Shown here: positions 1 to 9,973 of the stretch, one piece after another
How the letters are laid out: every line of letters starts with the position of its first letter
Position numbering within the stretch: the stretch's first letter is position 1
Source: an uncultured cyanobacterium
GTDB taxonomy: Bacteria; Cyanobacteriota; Cyanobacteriia; PCC-9006; JAAUQQ01
Length of the DNA: 64,000 nt
Direction: 5' to 3'
Assembly (NCBI GenBank): GCA_963718615.1
Contig: OY970368.1
Location: 3,328,001-3,392,000 of the forward strand
The notes under the pieces: generated by a model
Databases searched by the model: none
Told to the model about the DNA's origin: nothing
What the model saw: the letters and a program-made list of their open reading frames with translations, nothing else
Position numbers and translations under genes: made by a program

Positions 1-630
1 GGGAATCGAACCATTCATCTAAATCTGAACAACATTAGTTCAGGGGACGATGCGGATCTACGTCTTTATCGTGACAATGGCAATGGTATTTTTGATTCCC
101 ATGATACTATTGTGGCAAGCTCATCCAATTCAGGTCATCAGGATGATTTAATTGATTATTATGCCACAGCGGGAACCTATTTTGTTGAGGTAGCTCGCTA
201 TGCCAATGGCAGCAATGGAGCAGTCAATTATGACCTTGATCTATCGGCAACCACGAATCGAGAAAGTAATTTGGTAGGAGGCGAAATAACGCTGGGAACA
301 ATTTCCAGCGATCTCCATCGCTCGGGTTCCCTAAACAACAGCAATACCGTTGACTCCTATGCATTTTCCTTGGGATTTTATGGAGGAGTTAATATTTCAT
401 TGAGTGGTTTGAGTGCGGATGCGGATATCCGACTCATTGAGGATACAAACAATAATGGTATTGTTGATAGCGGAGAGGTAATTGGAAGTTCGACGCAAGC
501 CGGTACCTCGTCGGAATCAATTAATGGTATCGATTTTTCTGGTAACTATATTCTCCAGGTCTATCAATACAGCAGCACGGCTACGAACTACTCTCTCTCC
601 TTAGACTATTTCTCAACACCGTTTGCTTAG
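1..630 (+). CDS. PPC (pre-peptidase C-terminal) domain repeat protein, 5'-truncated by window
   Basis: Frame 1 is open from base 1 (GNRTIHLNLNNISSGDDADLRLYRDNGNG...). Two PPC-like modules: DADLRL..D.NGNG / AGTYFVEV and LSGLSADADIRLIEDTNNNG / SGNYILQVYQY. Stop TAG at 628-630. Confidence 0.75.
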   Translation, partial: GNRTIHLNLNNISSGDDADLRLYRDNGNGIFDSHDTIVASSSNSGHQDDLIDYYATAGTYFVEVARYANGSNGAVNYDLDLSATTNRESNLVGGEITLGTISSDLHRSGSLNNSNTVDSYAFSLGFYGGVNISLSGLSADADIRLIEDTNNNGIVDSGEVIGSSTQAGTSSESINGIDFSGNYILQVYQYSSTATNYSLSLDYFSTPFA

Positions 631-641
631 AACGCTTGTCT

Positions 642-1058
642 TTAGTAAGGATTTTCCATCCGGCTAGGGGGGAGGAGTGCAGACTTTTTTCGATAGCTGG
701 AGCGCTGGCGATCGAATTGTCGCTCCATGGGATCTTTCTTCATTGCCTTAAATAGGAGGCCAATGGGAAACACAAGGCCATAGAAAACAATCCCCAAAAT
801 AATGCGGGAGTTAATCCAGCCCAAAATGGCTCCAAACCGCATCCAAAGATAGTAAGCCGGACGGAGCGTCATGGGGGCGATCGCCCCCAACGCAATCAAA
901 ATCGCCGAAAGAACCCATAGAAAAGTAGGCGCACTATGGCCCTTAATCCAAGGCAGGAATAAACCAAAGATGAGAATCAAGCCAATACCCGTAACAAACC
1001 CAAATTCGCGCAACCGTTTGCGATTAGCCGGTGGAATTTCGTGAAACATGATGATCAA
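642..1058 (-). CDS. SxtJ-family membrane protein
   Basis: LREFG..., WMRFGAILGWINSRIILGIVFY, KKDPMER and C-terminal MENPY are typical of the SxtJ family. Lies directly downstream of a carbamoyltransferase. Confidence 0.8.
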   Translation of the reverse strand: MIIMFHEIPPANRKRLREFGFVTGIGLILIFGLFLPWIKGHSAPTFLWVLSAILIALGAIAPMTLRPAYYLWMRFGAILGWINSRIILGIVFYGLVFPIGLLFKAMKKDPMERQFDRQRSSYRKKSALLPPSRMENPY

Positions 1059-1095
1059 TTCACAGTACTTATCAACTCATCGGACTCAATCGAAC

Positions 1096-2937
1096 TTAAT
1101 CCAACTCAAATTCCTGTTGCCAGGATTCATCCTTGGGAACGGCTGGCTGCCCAGTCTTTTTCAATAGACAATTTTCGAGCACCAGATAATCCATTTCCGT
1201 ACGCATAAAGCACCGATAGGCATCTTCCGGTGTGCAAACAATAGGTTCACCGCGCACATTAAACGACGTATTGACAATTACAGCGCTGCCGGTCTTTTTT
1301 TCAAATTCCTGAATCAATCGATAGTAACGTGGATTCGTTTCAGGATGGACCGTTTGAATTCGAGCGGAATAGTCAACATGGGTGATTGCGGGGAGTTGCG
1401 ATCGCTCCATCTTCAACTTCTCAACTCCAAACGCCTGCGACTGTTCTGGTGTGATTGGCAAGCGCAATCCTTCCTGCACTTCAGCGACCAAAAGCATATA
1501 GGGACTGGGGCGATCGATCTGAAAATAATCCGCAACGCGCTCGTGCAAAACCGAGGGAGCAAAGGGTCGAAAAGATTCGCGGTATTTGATTTTGAGATTC
1601 ATAACCGACTGCATTTTTGGACTACGGGCATCGCCAATAATCGAACGTCCGCCCAGGGCGCGGGGGCCAAATTCCATTCGTCCTTGGAACCAACCGATGA
1701 CATGTTCTGCGGCAATCAACGCTGCGACTTGGGGCAAAAGCTGCTCATCGGCAAGCCGCTCATAGGGTGCATGAATCGATTGTAAATAGGCTTCAATCTC
1801 TTCATTGCTAAAGGCTGGACCCAAATAGCCTCCGGTCATGGCATCGCCTGTACCTGCCTGTCGAGGTTGGTCACGGTACTGATACCAGGCGGCGAGGGCC
1901 GCGCCCACAGCACTGCCTGCATCCCCAGAAGCGGGTTGAATCCAGATATCTTCAAACGGCCCCTCTCGCAATAACCGCCCGTTGGCCACACAATTGAGCG
2001 CTACGCCTCCGGCTAAACAGAGATAGGGCTGTTGGGTTTCGCGATGGACTGTCCGACCTAGGCGCAACACGATTTCCTCCGTCACCCTTTGAACAGAAGC
2101 GGCTAAATCCATCTCTCGCTGGCTGAGTGGCGTTTCCGGTTGGCGAGGGGGTGCGCCGAAAAGGCGATCGAATCGCGAGTGGGTCATGGTCAATCCGGCG
2201 GCATAGTTGAAATAGTCCATGTTCAACCGGAAGGTGCCATCAGCCTTAAGATCGAGCAGATGTTCCAGGATCAGATCTACATATTTAGGTTCGCCATAGG
2301 GGGCCAATCCCATGACTTTATATTCCCCCGAATTTACCTTAAAGCCGGTGTAGTAGGTAAAGGCGGAATAGAGCATCCCCAAGGAATGAGGAAAATCGAG
2401 CTCCCATTGAGGGGTGAGTTGATTATCTTGCCCGAGCCAGACGGAGGCAGTGGCCCATTCCCCTACAGCATCCAGACAGAGAACCGCCGCTTGCTGAAAC
2501 GGGCTGGGGAAAAAGGCAGCGGCAGCGTGGGCCTGGTGATGCTCGGTGAAGAGCAGTTTGGGCAGGTCATCCCGCTGGCATTGGCCGACTTGGCGTAGCT
2601 CTTTTTTGAGGACGGTTTTAAGGTAGAGCTTTTCCTTTAGCCAAACGGGCATCGCCATGGTGAACGATCGCAAGCCCCGAGGTGCGTAGGCAATATAGGT
2701 CTCCAGCAAGCGCTCAAACGTCACCAACGGCTTTTCGTAAAAGACGACTTCCTCTAAATCCGTCAGACTCAAGCCCGCTGCCGCAAGACAGTAGCGAATA
2801 GCCTGGGCGGGGAAGCGAGCATCGTGCTTTTTGCGGCTAAACCGCTCTTCCTGGGCAGCGGCAACAATGTTGCCATCAATGACCAGAGCGGCGGCGCTGT
2901 CGTGGTAGTACGCGGAGATGCCAAGGATTGCCGTCAT
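1096..2937 (-). CDS. O-carbamoyltransferase (NodU/CmcH/SxtI family)
   Basis: ILGISAYYHDSAAAL, EHHQAHAAAAF, SGEYKVMGLAPYG, GGVALNCVANG, GRMEFGPRALGGRS, RESFRPFAP, NTSFNVRGEPIV. ATG at 2937 chosen over the upstream ATG at 2973. Confidence 0.93.
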   Translation of the reverse strand: MTAILGISAYYHDSAAALVIDGNIVAAAQEERFSRKKHDARFPAQAIRYCLAAAGLSLTDLEEVVFYEKPLVTFERLLETYIAYAPRGLRSFTMAMPVWLKEKLYLKTVLKKELRQVGQCQRDDLPKLLFTEHHQAHAAAAFFPSPFQQAAVLCLDAVGEWATASVWLGQDNQLTPQWELDFPHSLGMLYSAFTYYTGFKVNSGEYKVMGLAPYGEPKYVDLILEHLLDLKADGTFRLNMDYFNYAAGLTMTHSRFDRLFGAPPRQPETPLSQREMDLAASVQRVTEEIVLRLGRTVHRETQQPYLCLAGGVALNCVANGRLLREGPFEDIWIQPASGDAGSAVGAALAAWYQYRDQPRQAGTGDAMTGGYLGPAFSNEEIEAYLQSIHAPYERLADEQLLPQVAALIAAEHVIGWFQGRMEFGPRALGGRSIIGDARSPKMQSVMNLKIKYRESFRPFAPSVLHERVADYFQIDRPSPYMLLVAEVQEGLRLPITPEQSQAFGVEKLKMERSQLPAITHVDYSARIQTVHPETNPRYYRLIQEFEKKTGSAVIVNTSFNVRGEPIVCTPEDAYRCFMRTEMDYLVLENCLLKKTGQPAVPKDESWQQEFELD

Positions 2938-3015
2938 GGGTCTAGGAAAAAGAGCGTTGCAGAACGCTAGCATAAACGATTTGGGGTTTCTTGCTGGGCG
3001 CTTTGGCTTCGAGTG

Positions 3016-3633
3016 CTAATGAACCTGACCCGCAGCTAACAAGGCCTTAGCAGTTAAATTTAGCTCGGGAAACGTTTTCAGATCGATCGGTTGTTCTCCG
3101 CGCAATAATCTGATCTGATACTCGCCCTCTCCCCATTGACAAAGACTAATGGTGGGTTGCTTGGGAAAACCGATATGCCGCCGTCCTCCCAAACCGAGAT
3201 AATCAACGATCAAATATTCCTGAATTCCCATCGCCTCATAATCAGTCAGCTTGTGGCCATAGTCATCGCCCCAATTGCTGCTAACGACCTCAACGACTAG
3301 CGGAGCTGAAGTTCCCTGAGTAATCGTTGAGGCTTTTTTCCAGAGCGGTTCTTGATCAAGCTGGCGTTTGTCTAGCACCACTAAATCTGGTTTGTAGCCC
3401 ATAAACGGTGTTTTAGGTTTCACCGTGCAGGTGCGTGGCAAGAGGTAGGGCAAATTAAGGCGGCGAATCTCAAAATTGAGCTCCGCCACCAGATAGGCAA
3501 TGATTTCCTCATGATCCCCCGTTGGATTCACCTCAACTCGCTCCCCGTTAATAAGTTCGTAAATTCCGCCATCTTCGGGATAGCTCTCTAGATATTCATC
3601 GAACGTTAAGGCTGGAAGACGCGCTTGAATCAT
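3016..3633 (-). CDS. Uma2-family (PD-(D/E)XK) putative endonuclease
   Basis: LTFDEYL..YELINGE, PDLVV, LVVEVVS.NW.DDY..KL..YEA.GI.EY.IVDY pattern. Confidence 0.88.
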   Translation of the reverse strand: MIQARLPALTFDEYLESYPEDGGIYELINGERVEVNPTGDHEEIIAYLVAELNFEIRRLNLPYLLPRTCTVKPKTPFMGYKPDLVVLDKRQLDQEPLWKKASTITQGTSAPLVVEVVSSNWGDDYGHKLTDYEAMGIQEYLIVDYLGLGGRRHIGFPKQPTISLCQWGEGEYQIRLLRGEQPIDLKTFPELNLTAKALLAAGQVH

Positions 3634-3685
3634 GGAATTTTCCAAGACAAGAATTTAATTGTTCAAGGACTAATTGTCCAAGACC

Positions 3686-4837
3686 CTACAGATTATTGGG
3701 ATCGATGCCTCCTTCCGGAATCACCCATTTTGGTGTTTCCGTGCGTGCCTTTTCAGCCCGCTCCGCGTTGCGCCGCTCCACGGCGATCGCCGCCAACTCC
3801 AGCATCTTATCCAACGAGGTCGTTTCAATAAACGCTGCGGCCTTGGCCTGTTCATCCTTGCTCGGACATTGGTCCCCCAGAATGCAGCCATTCACACAGG
3901 CGATCGCACAGTCAATCGTCTGCCCCGTCGCGGGATGAATCGGTTGAATCGATAGATTCTGAGCGGTTGTGCTCGCACCTGGCTGGACCCTACTGCCCAT
4001 GGCCCCCGAAAAAACCAACTGAGCCGGTCCTGTCATATACAGATGATTATTGGCTGCCGACCATTCGATGATCAGATTGCCGCCGGGGAGTTCTAGGGTG
4101 GCTTGGCGATCGCTCAAATCATTCAACACCGCCGCCACGAGCGAGGCACAGGCCCCCGTCCCACAGGCCAGCGTTGCCCCCGCGCCCCGTTCCCAAACCC
4201 GCATCTTAAGATAATCGCGGCTCACGACCTGAATAAATTCGGTATTGGTCCGGGCCGGGAAAACCGGATGGTTCTCAAATTTGGGGCCAAGGGCCGCTAG
4301 ATCAATGACTTCAGCATCCTCCACAAACGTAATTGCGTGGGGATTGCCCATACTCACGCAGGTCATCGCCCAGGTTTTGCCGTCCACCTCCAAGGGCTGA
4401 GCCACAACCTGATGCGCACGCTCAGGCAGCGTGGTGGGAATTTCCGCTGCGGCCAATCGAGGCTCACCCATATCGACGCGAACCCGCCCATCTGCCTGAA
4501 GCGTCGGTACGATTAGTCCCGCTAGGGTATGGATGCGATATTGCTTTTCCGTGCCTACAGGAATGCCTTCTAGGTCTGCAATAAACCGGGCCATGCAGCG
4601 AATGCCATTGCCACACATCTCCGGCTCTGAGCCATCGGAGTTGAAAATGCGCATCGTGTAATCGGTGCCGTTCTGACCGGGCAAGGCAAAAATCACGCCG
4701 TCTGCACCAATGCCAAAATTGCGATCGCACCACTGCACCGCCTCTTCTGGCGATAGCTGAGGTTCATTGCTCTCGCGATTGTCGATCAGGATGAAGTCGT
4801 TTCCCAGCCCGTGGTACTTGCTAAAGGCGATGCTCAT
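3686..4837 (-). CDS. dapF: Diaminopimelate epimerase with a fused ~100-aa Cys-rich C-terminal extension
   Basis: [60 protein letters not shown]. The frame continues past the normal end (VFSG) into a [15 protein letters not shown] domain. Confidence 0.93.
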   Translation of the reverse strand: MSIAFSKYHGLGNDFILIDNRESNEPQLSPEEAVQWCDRNFGIGADGVIFALPGQNGTDYTMRIFNSDGSEPEMCGNGIRCMARFIADLEGIPVGTEKQYRIHTLAGLIVPTLQADGRVRVDMGEPRLAAAEIPTTLPERAHQVVAQPLEVDGKTWAMTCVSMGNPHAITFVEDAEVIDLAALGPKFENHPVFPARTNTEFIQVVSRDYLKMRVWERGAGATLACGTGACASLVAAVLNDLSDRQATLELPGGNLIIEWSAANNHLYMTGPAQLVFSGAMGSRVQPGASTTAQNLSIQPIHPATGQTIDCAIACVNGCILGDQCPSKDEQAKAAAFIETTSLDKMLELAAIAVERRNAERAEKARTETPKWVIPEGGIDPNNL

Positions 4838-5083
4838 GGTGGATTGCTAAATTTTGCTCTCTTGGCACTCTATATAAAAATATTATGGGCTTTAGACCTC
4901 TGGTGTCAGAATCTAACTAAAGACAAGGCAGGAGACCAATCAAGAGACCAAGCGGCAAATGAAGGCAAAAGCCCCAGGTCTGGGCATTCTCTAGAGAGAG
5001 ACAATAGTGTTACAGTCGCTAGTACTACAGTCGCTACTGAGGCTATTCGGTCCCCAATCATCGTCACGCCTTATATCGTCCCT

Positions 5084-5311
5084 ATGAACATTCCCGTCAA
5101 AGCAGTGGTCGAATCTCCGACCCCCAGCCTACGCCAGCTCCAGGGTTACATTCGCGAAAAACAGCCCTTAGAGATCAAGCTTCTGACTGGCGATCTATTA
5201 TCTGGAACCCTGTTTTGGCAAGATACCGATTGTCTGTGCCTCAAACTGTCTGGCGATCAGACGATTACGGTGTGGAAACAGGCGATCGCCTTCATCCAGC
5301 CGAAGAACTAG
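5084..5311 (+). CDS. hfq: Cyanobacterial Hfq-related Sm-fold protein
   Basis: PSLRQLQ.YI.....EIKLLTGDLLSG.L.WQD..C..L......VWKQAIAFIQP is the cyanobacterial Hfq signature. Divergent from dapF. ATG 5084 is in frame with the 4811..5311 ORF. Confidence 0.9.
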   Translation: MNIPVKAVVESPTPSLRQLQGYIREKQPLEIKLLTGDLLSGTLFWQDTDCLCLKLSGDQTITVWKQAIAFIQPKN

Positions 5312-5328
5312 AGTGACGAAGTGATGGG

Positions 5329-6261
5329 GTGGTATTCTTCAGAGTCATGCAGCATTTGCATCCTCCTCCACCATCCATGGTTATGAAGCTGAAGTCTTTG
5401 CTCGGGTCTCGCCTGGGGCGATTGACCCCGTTTTTTATCGTTGGCCTCCTGATGATCTGGGCGATCCCGGCTAGTGCCCTTGAAGCCCGCCTTAGCCCCA
5501 GCAGCCCGAAACTGGGCGATACGATTTCCGTTGTGGTGACCGATGTTGCCCCAGACACTGAGCCTACGGTCACGTTCCGCAACAAAGCCTATCCCGCTTT
5601 TCCCCTGGGCAACGGTCGCTTTCGGGCGCTGCTGCCAACAACGCCCTTGGATAAACCGGCGCGGGAAACGGTTCAAGTCAGTGATGGGCAGGCGCAGCAG
5701 TCGCTGGCCGTGCAGGTGGGTGATCGCAGTTTCCCCACCCAGAGCATTTGGCTCCCCCCCGGCAAAGCGGAATTGAATGGCTCGGACTACGAATTTGACA
5801 AAGTCGATGCCTTCAAAGCCCTCGTGACACCCCAGAAGTTTTGGAATGGACCCTTTAAGCGCCCAGCGAATGCGGAGGTCACAACGGTCTTTGGTGTCAA
5901 GCGCTACTACAACGGTGTCTTTGCCGATGACTATTATCATCGCGGCGTTGACTATGGCGGCGGCACCGGTGCGCCGGTTTACGCCCCCGCCGCAGGCCGG
6001 ATTGCCTTGATTGGCCGTGAGCGGGATGGCTTTGAAATTCACGGCAACTGCGTCGGCCTTGACCATGGTCAAGGCGTGCTGAGTATCATGATTCATCTCA
6101 GCCGGATTGATGTGCAAGAAGGGCAAATGGTCCAGGCCGGTCAGCAAATTGGGGCGATCGGCTCCACGGGCGCAGCCACCGGCCCCCATCTCCACTGGGG
6201 ACTCTATGTCAATGGTCAAGCCGTAGACCCCGTCGCTTGGCGGTATGACGGCGTCGAATAG
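5329..6261 (+). CDS. M23-family metallopeptidase (peptidoglycan endopeptidase)
   Basis: Signal/TM segment, HRGVD (HxxxD) and GSTGAATGPHLHW (HxH) zinc motifs. Confidence 0.9.
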   Translation: MVFFRVMQHLHPPPPSMVMKLKSLLGSRLGRLTPFFIVGLLMIWAIPASALEARLSPSSPKLGDTISVVVTDVAPDTEPTVTFRNKAYPAFPLGNGRFRALLPTTPLDKPARETVQVSDGQAQQSLAVQVGDRSFPTQSIWLPPGKAELNGSDYEFDKVDAFKALVTPQKFWNGPFKRPANAEVTTVFGVKRYYNGVFADDYYHRGVDYGGGTGAPVYAPAAGRIALIGRERDGFEIHGNCVGLDHGQGVLSIMIHLSRIDVQEGQMVQAGQQIGAIGSTGAATGPHLHWGLYVNGQAVDPVAWRYDGVE

Positions 6262-6934
6262 GGCTGCCGTATCTCCCTTTTCCTGGGCAAATCTCGGAGC
6301 TGTTCTAGCCAGCGGACGGTTAATCCTACGTCCGTAGCGGTTCCGTGTGCCTCGTCAGCAATGCGGATGCGAGAATTTTGGCCTGGGTATGGCCTGGGCG
6401 ATCGCGATCCGCTTTCTGCTTTTGGGCAATCTAAAAACCACATTTATTTGCTTCAAAAAGAGATAAATCAAGTCGACAAAAGGGTTGACCTCAGACCTTG
6501 ATCAAGTCTCCAAATCAGGAATAGCTGAAGGGTTGGCGATCGCTCCAGATTCAACCCTTTCAAAGGTCAATAAAAATATTCGGTCAAACACTAAATTCAC
6601 ACTAACTTCAAAATCATAAAAATGCTTAAAAATCTCGAATCGAGAATAAAAAGCTCGATCTATACGGTTTTAGAAAACCCTAGAGTTCCTATAGATTCTG
6701 AGTTTTGTTTGTCGAAGTAAAATAAGCCAAGAGAATACCCTAGCCTCTCAGCCATTCCTATTTTGCCTTTTTCAACAGGATTAAAAGGGTTTATAAGAGG
6801 GGCCTTACCTAGAGTTTTGTGGAGATTACGGCGACAAATTTGAATCCTATATCAGGATGTTTTCTGATGTTGACGCCTCTGCATGATTGTTAACGTGATG
6901 GGGAACGATAAGCCTAAGGCTCACGACCTGAAGG

Positions 6935-7525
6935 ATGATACAGGAAGCCACTATGAACAGTATTGAAAAAATCGTTCAGCAAGCCATTCAAGATGGTTAC
7001 CTGACTCCCGCTATGGAAGCCGAAGTGGGTCGCATCTGCGATACCGCCTCTGAGCTTTCCATCGAAGAGTACATGGCCCTTGACCGTCTGATGGGCGCGC
7101 TGTTGACCGGTGAAGTGGTTGCGGTTCCCCGTAAGCAGTTCATTAATGTGATGGAAGAGCTGGTCCTAACGGAGGCGATCGCCCGCGTGGGTGAAATCGA
7201 ATCCAACAGCGACCAGACCCTAGACCTCGGCGATATCGCAGCTTATGCCCTGAATCGTCTCCCTCCCCTTTACGCAACCACCGAGGAAGGCGCTCGCTTC
7301 CAGCGGGAACGCGCCCAAGAGCGGCTACGGGAACTGATTGGACAACAGGTGGAAGAGGCCATTTCCCACAGCCTCAACCGTCCCGAATTCTTCCCCGAGC
7401 GTCAAGCCCTTAATAAAGGCGTGACCAGTGGCTCGATTCTAGAACAGGTGACCGCCTTGCTGCGAACCTACGCCCCTGATCTCGATGAACAGGCGGGTAA
7501 AGGGCAACCCATCGCCATCGGCTAA
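6935..7525 (+). CDS. ComFB-domain protein (cyanobacterial c-di-NMP receptor family, CdgR-like)
   Basis: NVMEELV...DIAAYALNRLPPLYATT..G ComFB motif, preceded by the SIEKIVQQAIQDGYLTPAMEAEVGRICD N-terminal domain. True start may be ATG 6953. Confidence 0.85.
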   Translation: MIQEATMNSIEKIVQQAIQDGYLTPAMEAEVGRICDTASELSIEEYMALDRLMGALLTGEVVAVPRKQFINVMEELVLTEAIARVGEIESNSDQTLDLGDIAAYALNRLPPLYATTEEGARFQRERAQERLRELIGQQVEEAISHSLNRPEFFPERQALNKGVTSGSILEQVTALLRTYAPDLDEQAGKGQPIAIG

Positions 7526-7584
7526 TCGCCCCAGGGGTTAGCGTCCTTTGTCGTGAGACTTGATCGTCAATCTCGTTTACTGGG

Positions 7585-7610
7585 ATAGGGCCTGAGGGCT
7601 CAGGCTCTAT
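7585..7610. terminator. Inverted repeat between convergent genes (possible bidirectional terminator)
   Basis: atagggcctga-gggc-tcaggctctat stem-loop between the ComFB and L,D-transpeptidase 3' ends. Confidence 0.45.
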
Positions 7611-7676
7611 TTCGGCGATGACCCTGAATGCAAGGTTTCATCAAGCGACAAAGCTTGAACAGGACGCTGGCATGGG

Positions 7677-8360
7677 TTAGGGCTGCACCTCCAATAACCA
7701 TCCCGGCTTGACCACGTCATACAGGGCCAAAATATCCGCATTGCGCAAACGCACACAGCCATGGGACACCGCTTCGCCGATCAGCGCTTCATTGGTCGTT
7801 CCATGGAGACCAAAGCTGTAGCCCCCGTTTGACCAAAAGCTAATCCAGGCTGCGCCTAAGGGATTGTCTGGACCCGGTGGCACGATGCGACCCGTCAGCG
7901 GATGCTCCCAGGCCGGATTTCGCTGCATATCTCCAATTAAGTAACGCCCCTGGGGGGTTTGCCAGACTTCGTGGCCGATGGCGACGGGGTATTCGGCGGC
8001 CAGTTTTTTCTTTTTGTATAGATAAAGTTTGCGATCGCTCAGATCCACCACGATCCGTCCCTGGGGATTCGGCAAACCTCGGGGCTCCATCGCAGGCTCC
8101 GCCGCCCAGAGCACACCGCCCAGGGTCCAAAGGGGAGAAAAGGCCGGTAGGACAGCGGTCTGGGACCCACTTTTCATCCAATTCAAGTTCATTCGGTCCG
8201 AGTTCATTCGGCCCGAGTTCATTTGGCCCGAGTTCATTGCAGTTACGCTGCTAAGGCGATCGCCCTCAGTCCCCTGCATCCAGCTCTGCACCATGATCCA
8301 TAGCGAGAGCCCCAGGCACATCAGCATTAAACTGTGGTGAACCGGCAGAGATCGTTGCAT
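7677..8360 (-). CDS. L,D-transpeptidase (YkuD family)
   Basis: IVVDLSDRKL, YPVAIG...TP.G, GPDNPLG, GLHGT......G.AVSHGCVRL catalytic motif. Confidence 0.9.
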   Translation of the reverse strand: MQRSLPVHHSLMLMCLGLSLWIMVQSWMQGTEGDRLSSVTAMNSGQMNSGRMNSDRMNLNWMKSGSQTAVLPAFSPLWTLGGVLWAAEPAMEPRGLPNPQGRIVVDLSDRKLYLYKKKKLAAEYPVAIGHEVWQTPQGRYLIGDMQRNPAWEHPLTGRIVPPGPDNPLGAAWISFWSNGGYSFGLHGTTNEALIGEAVSHGCVRLRNADILALYDVVKPGWLLEVQP

Positions 8361-8551
8361 GCGCTGTCACTCAAAACCCCTTATCTCTTTCCAGTCTCTC
8401 TTCCAGTGTATAAAGATTTCCCTCAACTCAGCGCAAATGCCCGCTTCAGTTCAATTTTTTCGCCCAATATTGAGTATTCTTGAAGGTCAAGGAACCTAAT
8501 ACAGGAGAGCGCGTCTCTAGGGAACAGACAGTTTTGGAGTAAAAGCTGCCC

Positions 8552-9208
8552 ATGAGTGCCTCTCTGTCGGTATCCTGGTTAACGGTCGAGCTCAACGCAG
8601 CCCAGACGCCTGTGCGCGCCGATAAACTCTCAAACACAGACCTTATTCTCGAATGCCAGACCGGGTTCAAACCCAACCGCTCGGCCTTCGCAGAACTCGT
8701 GCGCCGTTATCAGAGCCACGTTGATCGGCTACTCTATCACCTGGCTCCCGACTGGCAGGATCGCTCTGATCTGGCCCAGGAAGTGTGGATCCGGGTTTAT
8801 CGAAATATTAAGCGGCTGCAAGAGCCTAATAAATTTCGGGGGTGGCTCAGTCGGATTGTCACGAACCTCTTTTACGATGAGCTGCGCAAGCGCAAGCGCC
8901 ATCGCCGTCCGCTCTCTCTGGATGCCCCCTATGTCCTCAACGGTGACGAAATGGACTGGGACATCCCCTCCGATGAGCCGGGTCCTTCGGAGAATTTGAG
9001 CACGCGGGAATTTTATTCCCAGCTCCAGACGGCGATCGCAGACTTGCCCGAAGCGTTCCGCACGACAATTATTCTGCGTGAGATTGAAGGACTTTCCTAT
9101 GAAGAAATTGCTGAGATGACCGATGCCTCGCTGGGTACTGTAAAATCACGGATTGCAAGAGCAAGACAGCGATTACAGAGTCAGCTTCAGCCCTATCTTG
9201 ATCTTTAG
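8552..9208 (+). CDS. sigG: ECF (group 4) RNA polymerase sigma factor SigG
   Basis: DLAQEVWIRVY, FRGWLSRIVTNLFYDELRKRKR, EGLSYEEIAE...LGTVKSRIARAR. The MSASLSVSW N-terminus is typical of cyanobacterial SigG. Confidence 0.88.
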   Translation: MSASLSVSWLTVELNAAQTPVRADKLSNTDLILECQTGFKPNRSAFAELVRRYQSHVDRLLYHLAPDWQDRSDLAQEVWIRVYRNIKRLQEPNKFRGWLSRIVTNLFYDELRKRKRHRRPLSLDAPYVLNGDEMDWDIPSDEPGPSENLSTREFYSQLQTAIADLPEAFRTTIILREIEGLSYEEIAEMTDASLGTVKSRIARARQRLQSQLQPYLDL

Positions 9209-9348
9209 GGTTTGATCCTTAGGACTGGGTCCTTGGGGCTGACGCGTTGGCACGATCTAGCAGCCGCATGTTGTACCCCACGTCTCCTCCTAACCTTTTC
9301 CAAATCTGTCGTTAGCTCGATTCCCATTCCTTTTTCGAGAGCGATTCT

Positions 9349-9951
9349 TTGTATATTACGGACAGGCAAACGGCTATGTTACAGCGCGATCGATTTGAAC
9401 TCTTGAGTGCCTACCTGGATGGCGAAGTCACAGCCACCGAACGTCGTCAGGTGGAAGAATGGCTCAACCATGATGAACCCACCCGCCGATTGTATGATCG
9501 CCTCCTCAAACTGCGGGAAGGGTTCCAAGGCATGCCGCTGTATGCTTCCCAGCCAGTGGATGATACGGTAGCCCAAGTGATGGGGCGACTTGATCAGCCT
9601 CGGCGTCCCTCTCGTCGACTGATGGCCTTGGGGGGAGGGGCGATCGCTGCAGCAGTGGTTGCAGCCCTCAGTAGCTTGATGGGAGGTCCGCTCAGCCCTC
9701 AGTTCGCCAAGCAGCCGGTACCGGGGTCTTCTGCCAGTTTGGATCCCGCCCTAGAATCTCCCATCGCGGTGCAACTCCCCGCAACGGTGCCCAATGGGGC
9801 GTCTGGTGATGGCTCCAGCGATATGTCCAGCGACGTGTCCAGCGATGCGTTGATGATCGCCATCGACCAACCGATCCTATCCATGGGCGATGATACGGGG
9901 TCTCCAGCCGGGGGCTCGCCGTTGCCCTCCCCTGGTGCAGACGTCAATTGA
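9349..9951 (+). CDS. Membrane anti-sigma factor cognate to SigG
   Basis: RDRFELLSAYLDGEVTATERRQVEEWL anti-sigma motif, then a TM helix and LMIAIDQPI. Directly downstream of sigG. Confidence 0.82.
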   Translation: MYITDRQTAMLQRDRFELLSAYLDGEVTATERRQVEEWLNHDEPTRRLYDRLLKLREGFQGMPLYASQPVDDTVAQVMGRLDQPRRPSRRLMALGGGAIAAAVVAALSSLMGGPLSPQFAKQPVPGSSASLDPALESPIAVQLPATVPNGASGDGSSDMSSDVSSDALMIAIDQPILSMGDDTGSPAGGSPLPSPGADVN

Positions 9952-9973
9952 TGCTTGCCCGTTAACGCCAGTT

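Noticed and set aside
642-2937. Saxitoxin gene cluster
   Set aside because: Only sxtI/sxtJ-like genes are present. There is no sxtA, sxtG, sxtB or other core gene, and these families are widespread in non-toxic strains.
4811-5083. N-terminally extended 166-aa Hfq
   Set aside because: The extension overlaps the dapF start and divergent promoter. Hfq similarity starts only after ATG 5084.
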